A stretch of 64,000 nucleotides of DNA from a candidate division FCPU426 bacterium (GCA_040756875.1 JBFLYH010000001.1:672001-736000), one strand, 5' to 3'; counted from the first letter of the stretch, positions 9,555-19,080 are shown. Made by a program: numbers and translations. Notes: generated from the letters alone by a model not told the origin.

Positions 9555-10011
9555 CTTTGAGGTCCAACAAGGCCAGGAAGTGTTTGCGCTCTTCGGCGAT
9601 GATGGCGTCGAGCGGGTTTTCACGGCGCGTCAGCAAGAGCGGGCGGGTTTCCTGATAGAAGTGGATGGAGTCCAGCTCGCGCTGGAGCGCGAATGCAATG
9701 GCCGCGTGGACGTCATTGGCCGCGGCCCGGGCCGCGGTTTCCGGGTTGGGGAAAATGACGTTCTTTACGAAGGCGCTGACGTATTCGAGCATTTCCTGCG
9801 GATAACTCTCAAGCGAAGGCCGGTCGGCCAGTTGGGACATCAGCCCGGCAAACGTCTCGCGGTGCTTCACTTCTTCGTCCGCGAGGTGGGTGAAGAGGTC
9901 GGCCGCCTGCTTCTCTTTCGTCTGCTTCGCGGCCAGCCGGTAAAACGCCTCGCCGCGCTCCTCGATCATCACGGCGGCTTTCAGGATCTCCTGGGGGCTA
10001 AGCACGTTCAT
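9544..10011 (-). CDS. ferritin/rubrerythrin-like diiron protein
   Basis: IEERGEAFY, DEEVKH, ELDSIHFY, EERKH four-helix EXXH pattern. Confidence 0.88.
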   Translation of the reverse strand: MNVLSPQEILKAAVMIEERGEAFYRLAAKQTKEKQAADLFTHLADEEVKHRETFAGLMSQLADRPSLESYPQEMLEYVSAFVKNVIFPNPETAARAAANDVHAAIAFALQRELDSIHFYQETRPLLLTRRENPLDAIIAEERKHFLALLDLKAKL

Positions 10012-10519
10012 GGTGTTCCTCCTTGCCGATAGTCGGATGTGCCGTTCTCAGGCATTCCGCCAGCTGTTCCACGGTTTCGGCGACTGCCGGACTGAGGCCG
10101 CTGTCCCATTCCAGGGACGCGGGCTGGATGACCAGCAGCCAGATTTTTATTCCCGGCACACGGGCCGACCAGTAGGCGGCCGCCAGATCGAGCGAAAGCG
10201 CGTGGGTGGAAAGCCCGCCGGCCCTGAGCGACTCCGCGTCCACGATCCAGGCGTCGCCCGGATGGCCGCCCCACTCGGCCGCATCCGCCAAAATCAGGGT
10301 GTCCGGACGCGCGGCGACTACTTTTTCCAGATGGTTTTCCGGAGCCACGCCGGCGTCCGCAGCCTGCCAGCGCCCATGGTCTGCCAGGCGGCTGATCAAA
10401 GCCGGGCCTGCGCCGTCGTCCCCGCGCTGGACATTGCCGATGCCCAGCCAGAAAATCCTGCCTGCCAGGCGCGGCCGGAGTTCGTGTTCCCAGAAATAAT
10501 TCAGCCTGTCAGACTGCAA
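9998..10519 (-). CDS. hycI: hydrogenase maturation endopeptidase (HycI-like)
   Basis: GIGNVQRGDDGAG, APEN, DAA, STHAL. Confidence 0.9.
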   Translation of the reverse strand: MQSDRLNYFWEHELRPRLAGRIFWLGIGNVQRGDDGAGPALISRLADHGRWQAADAGVAPENHLEKVVAARPDTLILADAAEWGGHPGDAWIVDAESLRAGGLSTHALSLDLAAAYWSARVPGIKIWLLVIQPASLEWDSGLSPAVAETVEQLAECLRTAHPTIGKEEHHERA

Positions 10520-11120
10520 GGGCGGTCGCCCTCCGGCAGCGGGGACACTGGATCGTCAGGTGCTGGCCGCGGTGCGGCGCATCCGGATCCGAGGCCACGG
10601 GGTCGGAAACCACGGCCAGGTCCTTGAGCGTGACCAGCATCAGGGTCGAATTGGCGAACGCCAGGGGCCCCAGGCGCCGGATGACCCAGCGCAGCTGGGC
10701 GACCGGCGCGATCACGCAGCCGCAGGCTTCGCACAGCAGCAGCTCCTTTTCCACGCTTTCCTCAAAATCCGCGGGTTTGAAACCGGCGAAGTCGAACTCG
10801 TTGGTCAGGCGGATGCCTTTCTCGGTGGTGCAGTACCGCTCGCACTGGCCGCAGCAGATGCAGGAATCAAGGTGCTGGACCAGGCGGCGCCGGGGCGGCC
10901 GGGCGCTGACGTCGTCCGTCACGTCGATGCAGCGCGCGGGGCAGACTTCGGCGCAGGCGCCGCAGCCGATGCAGTCTTCGGACTGGTAGCGTGGGCGGCC
11001 GCGGAACGAGGGCTGGGCGGTGTACGGCTCGGCCGGGTAGCGGGTGGTGAACGGCGGCGAGAACAGCGCTTTAAGCGCCGTCTTGAGGATCCGGGGCTGC
11101 AGCAGGGCGGGCAGCTTCAT
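10509..11120 (-). CDS. NuoI/MbhN-like 2x[4Fe-4S] subunit with extra Cys pairs
   Basis: FTTRYP..FRGRP, CIGCGACAEVCP, CICCGQCERYC, CEACG, CPRC. ATG at 11120 overlaps the upstream stop. Confidence 0.9.
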   Translation of the reverse strand: MKLPALLQPRILKTALKALFSPPFTTRYPAEPYTAQPSFRGRPRYQSEDCIGCGACAEVCPARCIDVTDDVSARPPRRRLVQHLDSCICCGQCERYCTTEKGIRLTNEFDFAGFKPADFEESVEKELLLCEACGCVIAPVAQLRWVIRRLGPLAFANSTLMLVTLKDLAVVSDPVASDPDAPHRGQHLTIQCPRCRRATALAV

Positions 11121-11443
11121 GGCTGGTCCTCGGCCAGGTCGTCGCGCACGCTGTGGGACCACAGCTGGATGCCCGCGGCGTGCGCGCCTTTGGCCAGCGC
11201 GTCGGCCGCGGTGGGCGAGGTGATGAGGATGAAGAGCAGGCACAGGGCGCTTTGCACCACGGCCGGCCAGGAGTTCACCAGGAGCATGGTGCCGATCAGG
11301 ATCATGCAGGTGCCCATGGTCACGCATTTCGTGGCCGCCTGCAGGCGGTTGTAGAGGTCGGGCAGGCGCACCAGGCCCAGGCAGCCGATCAGGTCAAAGA
11401 GCACCCCGACCACCAGCGCGGACATTCCCAGGATTTTAATCAT
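11117..11443 (-). CDS. mnhG: Mrp/Mnh subunit G (MbhC-like)
   Basis: GLVRLPDLYNRLQAATK, TSPTAA. Confidence 0.9.
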   Translation of the reverse strand: MIKILGMSALVVGVLFDLIGCLGLVRLPDLYNRLQAATKCVTMGTCMILIGTMLLVNSWPAVVQSALCLLFILITSPTAADALAKGAHAAGIQLWSHSVRDDLAEDQP

Positions 11444-11705
11444 CGAACCCCCTGCCTTCCAGGTGCTTGGCCAGGGCCAGGGTGCCGATGAAGCTGAGCA
11501 GGGCCCAGGAAATGGCCACGTTGAGGAAATAGGTCTTGCCGGTGCTCACGGCCAGCAGGGCCGTGAACCCCACCACCACGATGCCCAGCATGTCGATGGC
11601 CACGGTGCGGTCCGGCGGCGTGGGACCGCGCCAAATGCGGTACAGGCAGAACGCCCCGCAGAGGAGCAGCCCGAAAAACAGGAAGCTGAAGAACCAGGAA
11701 ACCAT
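11436..11705 (-). CDS. mnhF: Mrp/Mnh subunit F (MbhB-like)
   Basis: RIWRGPTPPDRTVAID, LSFIGTLALAK. Confidence 0.9.
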   Translation of the reverse strand: MVSWFFSFLFFGLLLCGAFCLYRIWRGPTPPDRTVAIDMLGIVVVGFTALLAVSTGKTYFLNVAISWALLSFIGTLALAKHLEGRGFDD

Positions 11706-11730
11706 AGGGGACTCCTTTCGCGATCCGGCG

Positions 11731-12255
11731 CTATTCGAAAACCCGGCGGATCAGCGCTTCGTAGCGGCCGATGGTGCGGCGCCTGAATTCCTCCTGGTCA
11801 TGGCCCAGGATATTCATCCAATGCACATAGAAGGTCCCGTCGGGCAGGACCTCCACGGTCAGCGTGCCCGGCGTGAGCGTGATGGAATTGGCCAGCACGG
11901 TCAGCGCGGTCTCGGTTTTGAGCGTGGATTTCACTTTCACGATGCCAGGGTGAATCGGGATCTTGGGGTGCAGCACGCGGTAGGCCACGTCGAAATTGGC
12001 TTTGACGAGGTGGTAAAGAAACACGGCCAGGTAGACCATGAACCAGAAATAGCGCACCGGATTGAGCAGGCGGCCGAAGAGCTGCACGGAAAATTCCCGC
12101 ATGACCAGGGCCACCAGCGCAGCCACGCCCAGGCCCACGTAGATGTCCTCGAGCCTGACCTGCCCGGGTTCAGGGCCGAACGGCCAGACCAGGAGCAGCC
12201 ACAGGGCGAAAGAAATCAGGAAGAGCGTTACGCGTTTCCACACGGCCAGTCCCAT
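11731..12255 (-). CDS. mnhE: Mrp/Mnh subunit E (MbhA-like)
   Basis: KANFDVA, HPGIV, LANSITLTPGTLTV, VHW. Confidence 0.92.
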   Translation of the reverse strand: MGLAVWKRVTLFLISFALWLLLVWPFGPEPGQVRLEDIYVGLGVAALVALVMREFSVQLFGRLLNPVRYFWFMVYLAVFLYHLVKANFDVAYRVLHPKIPIHPGIVKVKSTLKTETALTVLANSITLTPGTLTVEVLPDGTFYVHWMNILGHDQEEFRRRTIGRYEALIRRVFE

Positions 12256-12257
12256 GG

Positions 12258-13724
12258 TCAAGGCACCCAGAATCCTTTCTGCAGGGCTGCGGCAGCCGGC
12301 TCGATCAGCCACGGCTGCGCCAATCCGGGAATCACCGCCAGGGCGGACGCGATGCACGCCAGGGCCAGCAGGACCATGGCCGCGCCCATCAGCCAGGGCG
12401 TCCGCGCGGGAGGGGCGTCCGCGCCCTTGCCCTGCGGCCCCCCGAAAAAGGCGTAGCGCTGGACTTTCAGGAACGAGGCCAACGTCAGGATGCTGACCGC
12501 GATCGCCCAGGTTCCCAGCCAGTAATGCCCGCTTTCCACGCAGGCCAGGATGATGATCAGCTTGCTCCAAAAACCGTTGAAAGGCGGAATGCCCGCGATC
12601 GAAAGGGAGGCGATCAGGGACGTGCGGGCCGTGACCGGCAGGGCCCGGTGCAGGCCGCCCAGTTCGTGCAAGTCGCGCGTGCCGGTGGAATACTCGACAG
12701 CGCCCGCGTTCAGGAACAGGAGGGATTTGAACAGCGAGTGGTTAAGCAGGTGGTACAGCGCGCCGACCGCGCCCAGGGGCGTTCCCAGGCTCAGCCCCAG
12801 CACGACATATCCGATCTGGCTGATGCTGTGATAGGCGAACAGCCGCTTCATGTCCCACTGGCCGATGGCCAGGAGCACGCCCACGACCATCGAGAGCACG
12901 GCCAGGCCCTGGAAGATCAGCAGGAGCCGGGGCGCGGGGCCGAAAACATTGAAAATCAGCCGGGCCAGCACGTACACGCCGATGGCCTTGATCAGCACGC
13001 CCGAGAGCATGGCCGAAATCGGGGCCGGCGCCGCGGGATGGGCGTCCGGGAGCCAGGCATGGAAGGGGACGATGGCGCTTTTCACGGCCAGTCCGCTGAT
13101 AAACAGGGCCAACGCGAACAGCACCGGCTGTCCGGCGGGCAGGCTGCGCAGTTTGACGGCGATCTGGCCGAGGTGCAGCGAGCCGGTCAGGGCGTACAGC
13201 AGGCCGATGCCCAGCAGGATCAGGAGCGTGGCCAGGCTGCCCTGGATCAGGTATTTGAAGGACGCTTCCAGCTGCTCCTGGTCGCCCCCGAACGCCACCA
13301 GCGCGTACGAGGCGATGGACGAGAGTTCCACGAAGATATACAAGGTGAACAAATCGTTGGCCAAAACGACGCCGTTCATGCCCGCGATCATGCACAGGAA
13401 CAGGGTGTAATAGCGGAGTTTGGAAGTGTACTGGCGCATGTAGGCGGTCGAGTACATGGCAATCGCCATCCCGACGCCGTTGATGATAAGGAGCAGCAGC
13501 GCGGTCAGGCCGTCCAGGCGGAGCTCAATGCCCAGGGGCACGGGCCAGGCGCCGAGCTGGACGAAGCCGCTGCGGCCGAGGCAGCGGACCGCCATAAGGG
13601 CCAGGGCCAGCAGAGCGGCATTGCCCAGCAGGTCCGGCAGCAGACGCCACCAGCGGCCGACCAGGGGCAGCAGAAAAGCCGTTCCCAGGGGAATCAGAAT
13701 GAAGAGGGGCAACCAGTCCAGCAC
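12258..13724 (-). CDS. mnhD: MrpD/MbhH-like antiporter-type membrane subunit
   Basis: LYIFVE, KSAIVPFHAWLPDAH, KRLFAYHSISQIGY, NHSLFKSLLF, GIPPFNGFWSK. Confidence 0.92.
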   Translation of the reverse strand: MLDWLPLFILIPLGTAFLLPLVGRWWRLLPDLLGNAALLALALMAVRCLGRSGFVQLGAWPVPLGIELRLDGLTALLLLIINGVGMAIAMYSTAYMRQYTSKLRYYTLFLCMIAGMNGVVLANDLFTLYIFVELSSIASYALVAFGGDQEQLEASFKYLIQGSLATLLILLGIGLLYALTGSLHLGQIAVKLRSLPAGQPVLFALALFISGLAVKSAIVPFHAWLPDAHPAAPAPISAMLSGVLIKAIGVYVLARLIFNVFGPAPRLLLIFQGLAVLSMVVGVLLAIGQWDMKRLFAYHSISQIGYVVLGLSLGTPLGAVGALYHLLNHSLFKSLLFLNAGAVEYSTGTRDLHELGGLHRALPVTARTSLIASLSIAGIPPFNGFWSKLIIILACVESGHYWLGTWAIAVSILTLASFLKVQRYAFFGGPQGKGADAPPARTPWLMGAAMVLLALACIASALAVIPGLAQPWLIEPAAAALQKGFWVP

Positions 13725-14071
13725 TAGCCTCTGAGCCTCCTTAATTCCTTGATGTTGATAGTGTGGTGGCGTTCATAGATGCGGATGGTCAGGGCGACCA
13801 TCAGGATCAGAAGCCCCAAGCCGATCACGATGGAGGTGAGGACCATGGCCTGGGGCAACGGGTCCACCGCGCGGCCCGCGAAAGCGGCCAGGTCTTCGCC
13901 GGCTTTCATCACCGGAGGCTCGCCACCCTGGCGGTAGCCGGTCAAAATCAGGAACAGGTGCACGCCCGCCTCCATGATCACGAACCCGATGATCATTTTC
14001 ACCAAATTGCGCTTGAGCAGCAGGCCGTAAAGGCCCACGCCGACCAGGAACAGGCTGAGAATGTACAGCAT
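13724..14071 (-). CDS. mnhC: Mrp/Mnh subunit C (MbhG-like)
   Basis: NLVKMIIG, VDPLPQAMVLTSIVIG. Confidence 0.92.
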   Translation of the reverse strand: MLYILSLFLVGVGLYGLLLKRNLVKMIIGFVIMEAGVHLFLILTGYRQGGEPPVMKAGEDLAAFAGRAVDPLPQAMVLTSIVIGLGLLILMVALTIRIYERHHTINIKELRRLRG

Positions 14072-14072
14072 G

Positions 14073-14555
14073 TCAGGCTTCCTCCGGATCTTCCAGCGCG
14101 TGGTCCCGATGCGCGCCCGGCGGCAGGACGACTTTCACCGCCGATAAAATGACGAATACCACGAACAGCGTCGTGGCCACCATCAAGCTGATGCACAGAT
14201 TGTAGAACATAATGAGGCCGGAGCTGATCAACCGGAAATGATCCTCGGCCGGGGTGGGGAGGAAGTTGTTAAAAAAGCCCCGTCCCCAGAACCAGCCGGC
14301 CGCAGCCAGGCCCAGCAGCGCGAGGGCGCTGACGCTGGACAGGCCGGCGGCCACGTTTTTGCTGAGCAGGCGGTTCTCGGCGGTCTTGCCTTCGGCCAGG
14401 AACACCAGGATGAAGGCGCAGGCGATGATCACGCCGCCCGCGAAACCGCCGCTGTGTTCCAAATGGCCATAGACCGTGAAATAGATCCCCAGGAGCAGGA
14501 TCGGGCCCTTGAGCCAGCGCGCCACGGTTTTGACGATCATGCTCATGCCTGGCAT
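14073..14555 (-). CDS. mnhB: Mrp/Mnh subunit B (MbhF-like)
   Basis: SMIVKTVAR, YGHLEHSGGFAGG (variant of GHxxPGGGF), four TM helices. Confidence 0.85.
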   Translation of the reverse strand: MPGMSMIVKTVARWLKGPILLLGIYFTVYGHLEHSGGFAGGVIIACAFILVFLAEGKTAENRLLSKNVAAGLSSVSALALLGLAAAGWFWGRGFFNNFLPTPAEDHFRLISSGLIMFYNLCISLMVATTLFVVFVILSAVKVVLPPGAHRDHALEDPEEA

Positions 14556-14575
14556 CGAACCGCCTCCTTGGGCCC

Positions 14576-15151
14576 TCAGGCCGCGTCCGACTCGCGGTCC
14601 TGCTCGCGTGTCCGTTTGTGCGGCTGCCGCCGCAGGATGGCCAGCGCCCCGATGACCGCGCAGAACAGGATCGCGATCTGCGCCAGAGCGTCGAAGGCCC
14701 TGAAGTCCAGCAATACGGCGCTGATGATGTTCGGCGCGCCGGTTTTTTCCAGGCCGTCGGCCAGATAGGCGGCCGAAGGCGAATCCGGGAACCGTTCCAT
14801 GACCGAGTGTCCAAAGGCCGGAAACTCGATGAACAGCTGGGAGACGAACACGCCCAGCAGCATGATCAGGACCAGGGCCAGGATGCCGCCGAGTTTTTCG
14901 CGGTGGTTCTCCTGCACCTGGAAATCGCGGTGGAACGTGGCCCGGATCAGGATGATCAGAAGCAGCACCTCGACCACGATCTGGGTAATGGCGATTTCCA
15001 GGGCGCCGAGGAACAGAAAGGCGATGCACAGCAGCAGGCCCAGGGCGCCCAGGCTGATGATGGAGGAGAGCAGGTTGGTCGTCTCCAGGGCGATCAGGGC
15101 GCTGATCAGCATCAGCACGACCAGGATCATGAGGAACAGTTCCAATGTCAT
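14576..15151 (-). CDS. MbhD/MbhE-like fusion (MrpA C-terminal region, DUF4040-like)
   Basis: AITQIVVE and TGAPNIISAVLLDFRAFD. Confidence 0.85.
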   Translation of the reverse strand: MTLELFLMILVVLMLISALIALETTNLLSSIISLGALGLLLCIAFLFLGALEIAITQIVVEVLLLIILIRATFHRDFQVQENHREKLGGILALVLIMLLGVFVSQLFIEFPAFGHSVMERFPDSPSAAYLADGLEKTGAPNIISAVLLDFRAFDALAQIAILFCAVIGALAILRRQPHKRTREQDRESDAA

Positions 15152-15152
15152 G

Positions 15153-16964
15153 TCATCCTCGCAGCAAAAACAGCATTACCACCAGGCCGAACAGGACCCA
15201 GGTGAGGTACCAGGGCAGGCGGCCGGTGTGAAGTTCTTTCAAGGCTTCGGAAAAATACATGACCAGGCCCGTACCCACGGCGTACAGGTCGAAATACTTC
15301 TTTTCCGCCAGGCGGTAAGCCGCGGCCAAAGGCGGCAGATCGGAAACGGTCCGGTAAAAATCAACGCCGGTAAGCTGCACGGCTTCGTCGTCCAGGGTTT
15401 CGCCGCCGATATAAGTGGCGGCCTCGCGCACCCGGCCGATGCGGGTGAAGACATACATCAGCAGTCCGGCTGCCATGGCCGCGAGCAGCAAAGCTGTGGC
15501 CGGGCCTGCCCACCACAGCCCCGGAGCGGACACGGGCGCGGATAAGGACGGAAAGATGAAGAGCGGCAGCGGCAGCCGGAACGCCGCCACGCCGAAGGCC
15601 ACGCAGCCGGCGGCCAGCAACACCACGGGCAGAATCATGCGCCAGCCGGCTTCGCGGGCTGTGGGGGCCGAGCCGGTCCGGCGGAGAAAGACGCTGTGCA
15701 GAACCTTCACGAAGCTCGCCAGGGTCAGGGCCGAACCGAACATGGCCACGGCCAGCCAGACCACCCACCACGCGCCGCCGCGGCCGCCCAGTTCGATGAG
15801 CCCCTGGTAGATCATCCACTTGGAGGCGAAACCGTTCAAGGGTGGCAGGCCTGAGATGGCCAGCGAGGCGACCAGGGTGGACAGGAAAGTCAAGGGCATG
15901 ACTTTGGCGAGTCCGCCCAGCCGCTCCAGGTCCGTGGTGCCGGCCTGGGTTTCGACGTTGCCCGCGCAGAGAAAGAGGCAGGATTTATACATGGCGTGGT
16001 TCAGCATGTGGAACAGACCGCCGGCCAGGCCCAGGGGCAGGCCGGTGCCGATGCCCAGCAGCATATAGCCCACCTGGCTGACCGCATGGTAGGAAAGCAG
16101 GCGTTTGAGATCGTGCTGCACGAGGGCCATCATCACGGCAGCCAGCACGGTGGCCGCGCCCACGGCCAGCAATACGAATTGCATGGCGCCATTGAGCTGA
16201 AAGAGGCCGGTGGAGGCGCGGAAAAGCAGGTAGATGCCCAGAAGTTTGTCCAGGGAAGCGGGCAGAAAGGCCGTCACCGGCGCGTCCGCGTGTTCGCCGA
16301 AATCCGGCACCCAGGTGTGCAAGGGCATGGCCCCGGCTTTGGCAAAGGCCGCGAGGGCGAAGGCGAGAAAAGCGGTGTGGCTCACCGCGCCGGAGAGCGG
16401 AATGGCCGGGCCATCCAGCCGCAGGGAACCGGTCAGGTGCCAGATCAGGCCGATGCCCAGGAGCAGCACGGCATCAGAGCCGCCGACCAGGATGAAGCTT
16501 TTTTTGGCGGCCGCAGCGGCCTGGGGGCCGCGCAGGGAAATCAAGAGATAGAGCGTGACGCCGAGAAACCCCCAGAACACCAGCAGCAAGATAAGGTCGT
16601 TCGCCAGCACGGCGCCGTTCGCGGCGCCCAGGGTGGCCAGCAGATATCCGTAATACTCGCGGTGCTTGGCGGGCCGCGGGAGGTAACCCCAGGAATAGAA
16701 CGCGATCAGGAGAGTAAAAGCCGAGACGACCAGCATGACAAAGGCGCTGAGGTGGTCGAGCCTGAACGCCAAAATGCCGGCCAGGTCCAGTTTGGCGGCC
16801 CCCCCGGCAAACAGCGTCCACGCCAGCCACGTCACGCCCGCGGCCAGCGCCACCGCCAGGAGCGGAGCCAGGCGGGACAGGAAGCGGGGCAGCAGCAGGC
16901 ACAGCGCGGCGCCCGCCAAGGGCAGCGCGACCGGCCAGAGCAGCGGATGAATTTCAATCGGCAT
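15153..16964 (-). CDS. NuoL/MrpA/HyfB-like large antiporter-type subunit
   Basis: KAGAMPLHTW, DLKRLLSYHAVSQVGY, NHAMYKSCLF, GLPPLNGFASKW, long C-terminal helix ending HTGRLPWY. Confidence 0.92.
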   Translation of the reverse strand: MPIEIHPLLWPVALPLAGAALCLLLPRFLSRLAPLLAVALAAGVTWLAWTLFAGGAAKLDLAGILAFRLDHLSAFVMLVVSAFTLLIAFYSWGYLPRPAKHREYYGYLLATLGAANGAVLANDLILLLVFWGFLGVTLYLLISLRGPQAAAAAKKSFILVGGSDAVLLLGIGLIWHLTGSLRLDGPAIPLSGAVSHTAFLAFALAAFAKAGAMPLHTWVPDFGEHADAPVTAFLPASLDKLLGIYLLFRASTGLFQLNGAMQFVLLAVGAATVLAAVMMALVQHDLKRLLSYHAVSQVGYMLLGIGTGLPLGLAGGLFHMLNHAMYKSCLFLCAGNVETQAGTTDLERLGGLAKVMPLTFLSTLVASLAISGLPPLNGFASKWMIYQGLIELGGRGGAWWVVWLAVAMFGSALTLASFVKVLHSVFLRRTGSAPTAREAGWRMILPVVLLAAGCVAFGVAAFRLPLPLFIFPSLSAPVSAPGLWWAGPATALLLAAMAAGLLMYVFTRIGRVREAATYIGGETLDDEAVQLTGVDFYRTVSDLPPLAAAYRLAEKKYFDLYAVGTGLVMYFSEALKELHTGRLPWYLTWVLFGLVVMLFLLRG

Positions 16965-16973
16965 GGTTCGCCT

Positions 16974-18188
16974 TCACGCAGGGAGTTTCGGGCCTTCGGA
17001 CCCGAGCAGTCTTTTCAGCCGTTCCGTTTTTTGCTGCGACAGCCTGATCAAGTCGTCGGCCGACCATTGGCGCTGGTCCGTGCCGGCCTTCACGGCGGCC
17101 AGGCGTTCGGTGCAGCAATAGCAGGGGTCCACAGCCGCCAGGATGATTGTGGCGTCGGCCACGCTGTGGCCGATCACCGCCTCGCGGTCGGTGATGACGT
17201 TCATATAGCTGGGGGCGCGGATTTTATGGCGCACCGGCCGGTTGCTGCCGTCGCTTTGGATGTAATGGAAGACTTCGCCGCGGGGCGCTTCGTAGTGTCC
17301 GATGCCTTCGCCGGCCTTGACTTCCTTGGGGTTGGAATCCACGGGCCCGGGCGTGGTGCGCAACCGTACCAGGCACTGCTCGATGATTTTGATGGATTCG
17401 AACATCTCCAGAATCCTGACCACGGCCTTGTCGAATACGTCGCCGTTGCCCGCGGTGATGACTTTCCAATCCACCAGGCCGTAGGCCGCGTGCGGATGGT
17501 CGCGGCGGACGTCGATATCCACGCCCGATGCGCGGGCCGTGGGGCCGAGTGCGCCGTAAGCGAGGATTTGCTGGCGGGTCAGCACGCCCACGCCCTTGGT
17601 CCTGGCCTGGAGCACCGGGTCCTCGGCCACGGCCCGGTGGAACAATTGCAAGGGGCCTTTCAGCCCGTCCAGCATGGCCTGGATCTTGGGAATGTCCTCG
17701 GGTTTGATGTCGCGGCGGACCCCGCCGGCTTTCATGATGCCGTAATGGTTGCGGTTGCCGGTGATGAGCTCCAGGATGTTGAGCAGGTCCTCGCGGTGGC
17801 GCCAGACCCACATCCAGATGGTGTTGAAGCCGAGGAAGTGGCCGGCCAGCCCCAGCCACAGCAGGTGCGAGTGCAGGCGCTCCAGCTCGCCGATGACGGA
17901 GCGGATGTACAGGGCGCGTTCCGGCACTTCGATGTCGCCCGCGTCCTCGATGGCCTGCACGCAGGCCAGGGGATGGGAAGTGGAGCAAATGCCGCAGATG
18001 CGCTCGACCAGGAACACCGTCTGGTCGTAATGCTTGGACTCGGACAGTTTTTCGATGCCGCGGTGGTTGTATCCCAGCTCGATGTCGAGGCCCACCACGG
18101 TTTCGCCCTCCACGTGCAGGCGGAAAAATTCCGGCTCCTCCTGCAAGGCGTGATAGGGTCCAATGGGGATGATGGTTTTTTTAGTCAT
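16974..18188 (-). CDS. group 4 [NiFe] hydrogenase large subunit
   Basis: GPYH, GYNHRGIEK, L1 ERICGICSTSH, ELERLHSHL, EAPRGE, RAPSY, L2 DPCYCCTER plus a 42-aa C-terminal extension. Confidence 0.95.
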   Translation of the reverse strand: MTKKTIIPIGPYHALQEEPEFFRLHVEGETVVGLDIELGYNHRGIEKLSESKHYDQTVFLVERICGICSTSHPLACVQAIEDAGDIEVPERALYIRSVIGELERLHSHLLWLGLAGHFLGFNTIWMWVWRHREDLLNILELITGNRNHYGIMKAGGVRRDIKPEDIPKIQAMLDGLKGPLQLFHRAVAEDPVLQARTKGVGVLTRQQILAYGALGPTARASGVDIDVRRDHPHAAYGLVDWKVITAGNGDVFDKAVVRILEMFESIKIIEQCLVRLRTTPGPVDSNPKEVKAGEGIGHYEAPRGEVFHYIQSDGSNRPVRHKIRAPSYMNVITDREAVIGHSVADATIILAAVDPCYCCTERLAAVKAGTDQRQWSADDLIRLSQQKTERLKRLLGSEGPKLPA

Positions 18189-18654
18189 GGGCGTCCGCCG
18201 GTTTGGGGTATTCCGCTTTTTTATAATCCCGGCGCAGGGGGTATTGCCCCTCGGGCCAGTCTTCCTTGAGCAGCAGGTGGGCCAGGCCGGGATGGTTGCG
18301 GAAGTTGATGCCGAGCAGCTCCCACATCTCCCGCTCGATCCATTCCGCCGCCTTCAACACCGGGGTCAGGGAGTCGATTTCGGGCCGCGTCCGGTCCAGT
18401 CGGACGCGCACGGTCAACAGGCAATCCGAAGCGTCGAAGGCCCAATGATAGAGGATCTCCATCGCTTCCAGCAGGTCGATGCCGCTGGCGATTTGAAAGC
18501 GCGCGCCCAGGCCGTCATATAGCAGGCGGGCGACTTCGACGATGTGCTCCGGCGCCACCTCCACGAACAGGCGTTTGGGGGATTTGACGTGCCAGCGCAG
18601 CAGTTTGGCCCCCAGTTCGGTTTGCAGGCGGGGCAGGATCTCTTCACGGTTCAC
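18181..18654 (-). CDS. NuoC/MbhK-like subunit
   Basis: AEWIEREMWELLGINFRNHP...YPLRRD. Confidence 0.92.
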   Translation of the reverse strand: MNREEILPRLQTELGAKLLRWHVKSPKRLFVEVAPEHIVEVARLLYDGLGARFQIASGIDLLEAMEILYHWAFDASDCLLTVRVRLDRTRPEIDSLTPVLKAAEWIEREMWELLGINFRNHPGLAHLLLKEDWPEGQYPLRRDYKKAEYPKPADAHD

Positions 18655-18657
18655 GGT

Positions 18658-19080
18658 TCAGGCGCTCCTCAGTTTGGTCAGCAGTTTGACGATGCCCGCG
18701 ATCATGGCCTCGGGTTTGGGCGGACAGCCGGGGATATAGGCGTCGATCGGGATATAGCGCCCCACCGGTTGGTCCCAATTGTAAGAATCCTTGAACATCA
18801 GTCCGCTGCAGGCGCAGCCGCCGATGGCCACGACCACGACCGGCTTGGGCGCCTGCTCGTACACGAGCTTGGCGCGCAACGCCGATTTTTTATTGAATAC
18901 CCCGGACAAGAGGATCACGTCCGCGTGGCGGATGCTGCCGACCAGGACCAGGCCGAAGCGTTCCAGATCGTATTTGGGCGTCAGCGCGTCCAGGATTTCG
19001 ATGTCGCAGTTGTTGCAGGCGCTGCCGGCCATGTGGAAGACGTTCAGGGAGCGAGTGAGGATCTGAAGGGCGAGCCCCAT
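18658..19080 (-). CDS. hydrogenase small subunit (NuoB/MbhJ-like)
   Basis: ACNNCDIE, RHADV, GGCACSG, IPGCPPKPE. Confidence 0.95.
   Translation of the reverse strand: MGLALQILTRSLNVFHMAGSACNNCDIEILDALTPKYDLERFGLVLVGSIRHADVILLSGVFNKKSALRAKLVYEQAPKPVVVVAIGGCACSGLMFKDSYNWDQPVGRYIPIDAYIPGCPPKPEAMIAGIVKLLTKLRSA

Noticed and set aside
16974-18188. Selenocysteine or stop-codon recoding in the hydrogenase
   Set aside because: All ligand positions are Cys codons and the frames are uninterrupted.
15996-18269. Long antisense and alternate-frame ORFs (757 aa here; also 12525-13727, 19079-20515, 6571-8127, 42047-43222)
   Set aside because: They shadow well-supported genes, have no motifs, and are expected in high-GC coding DNA.
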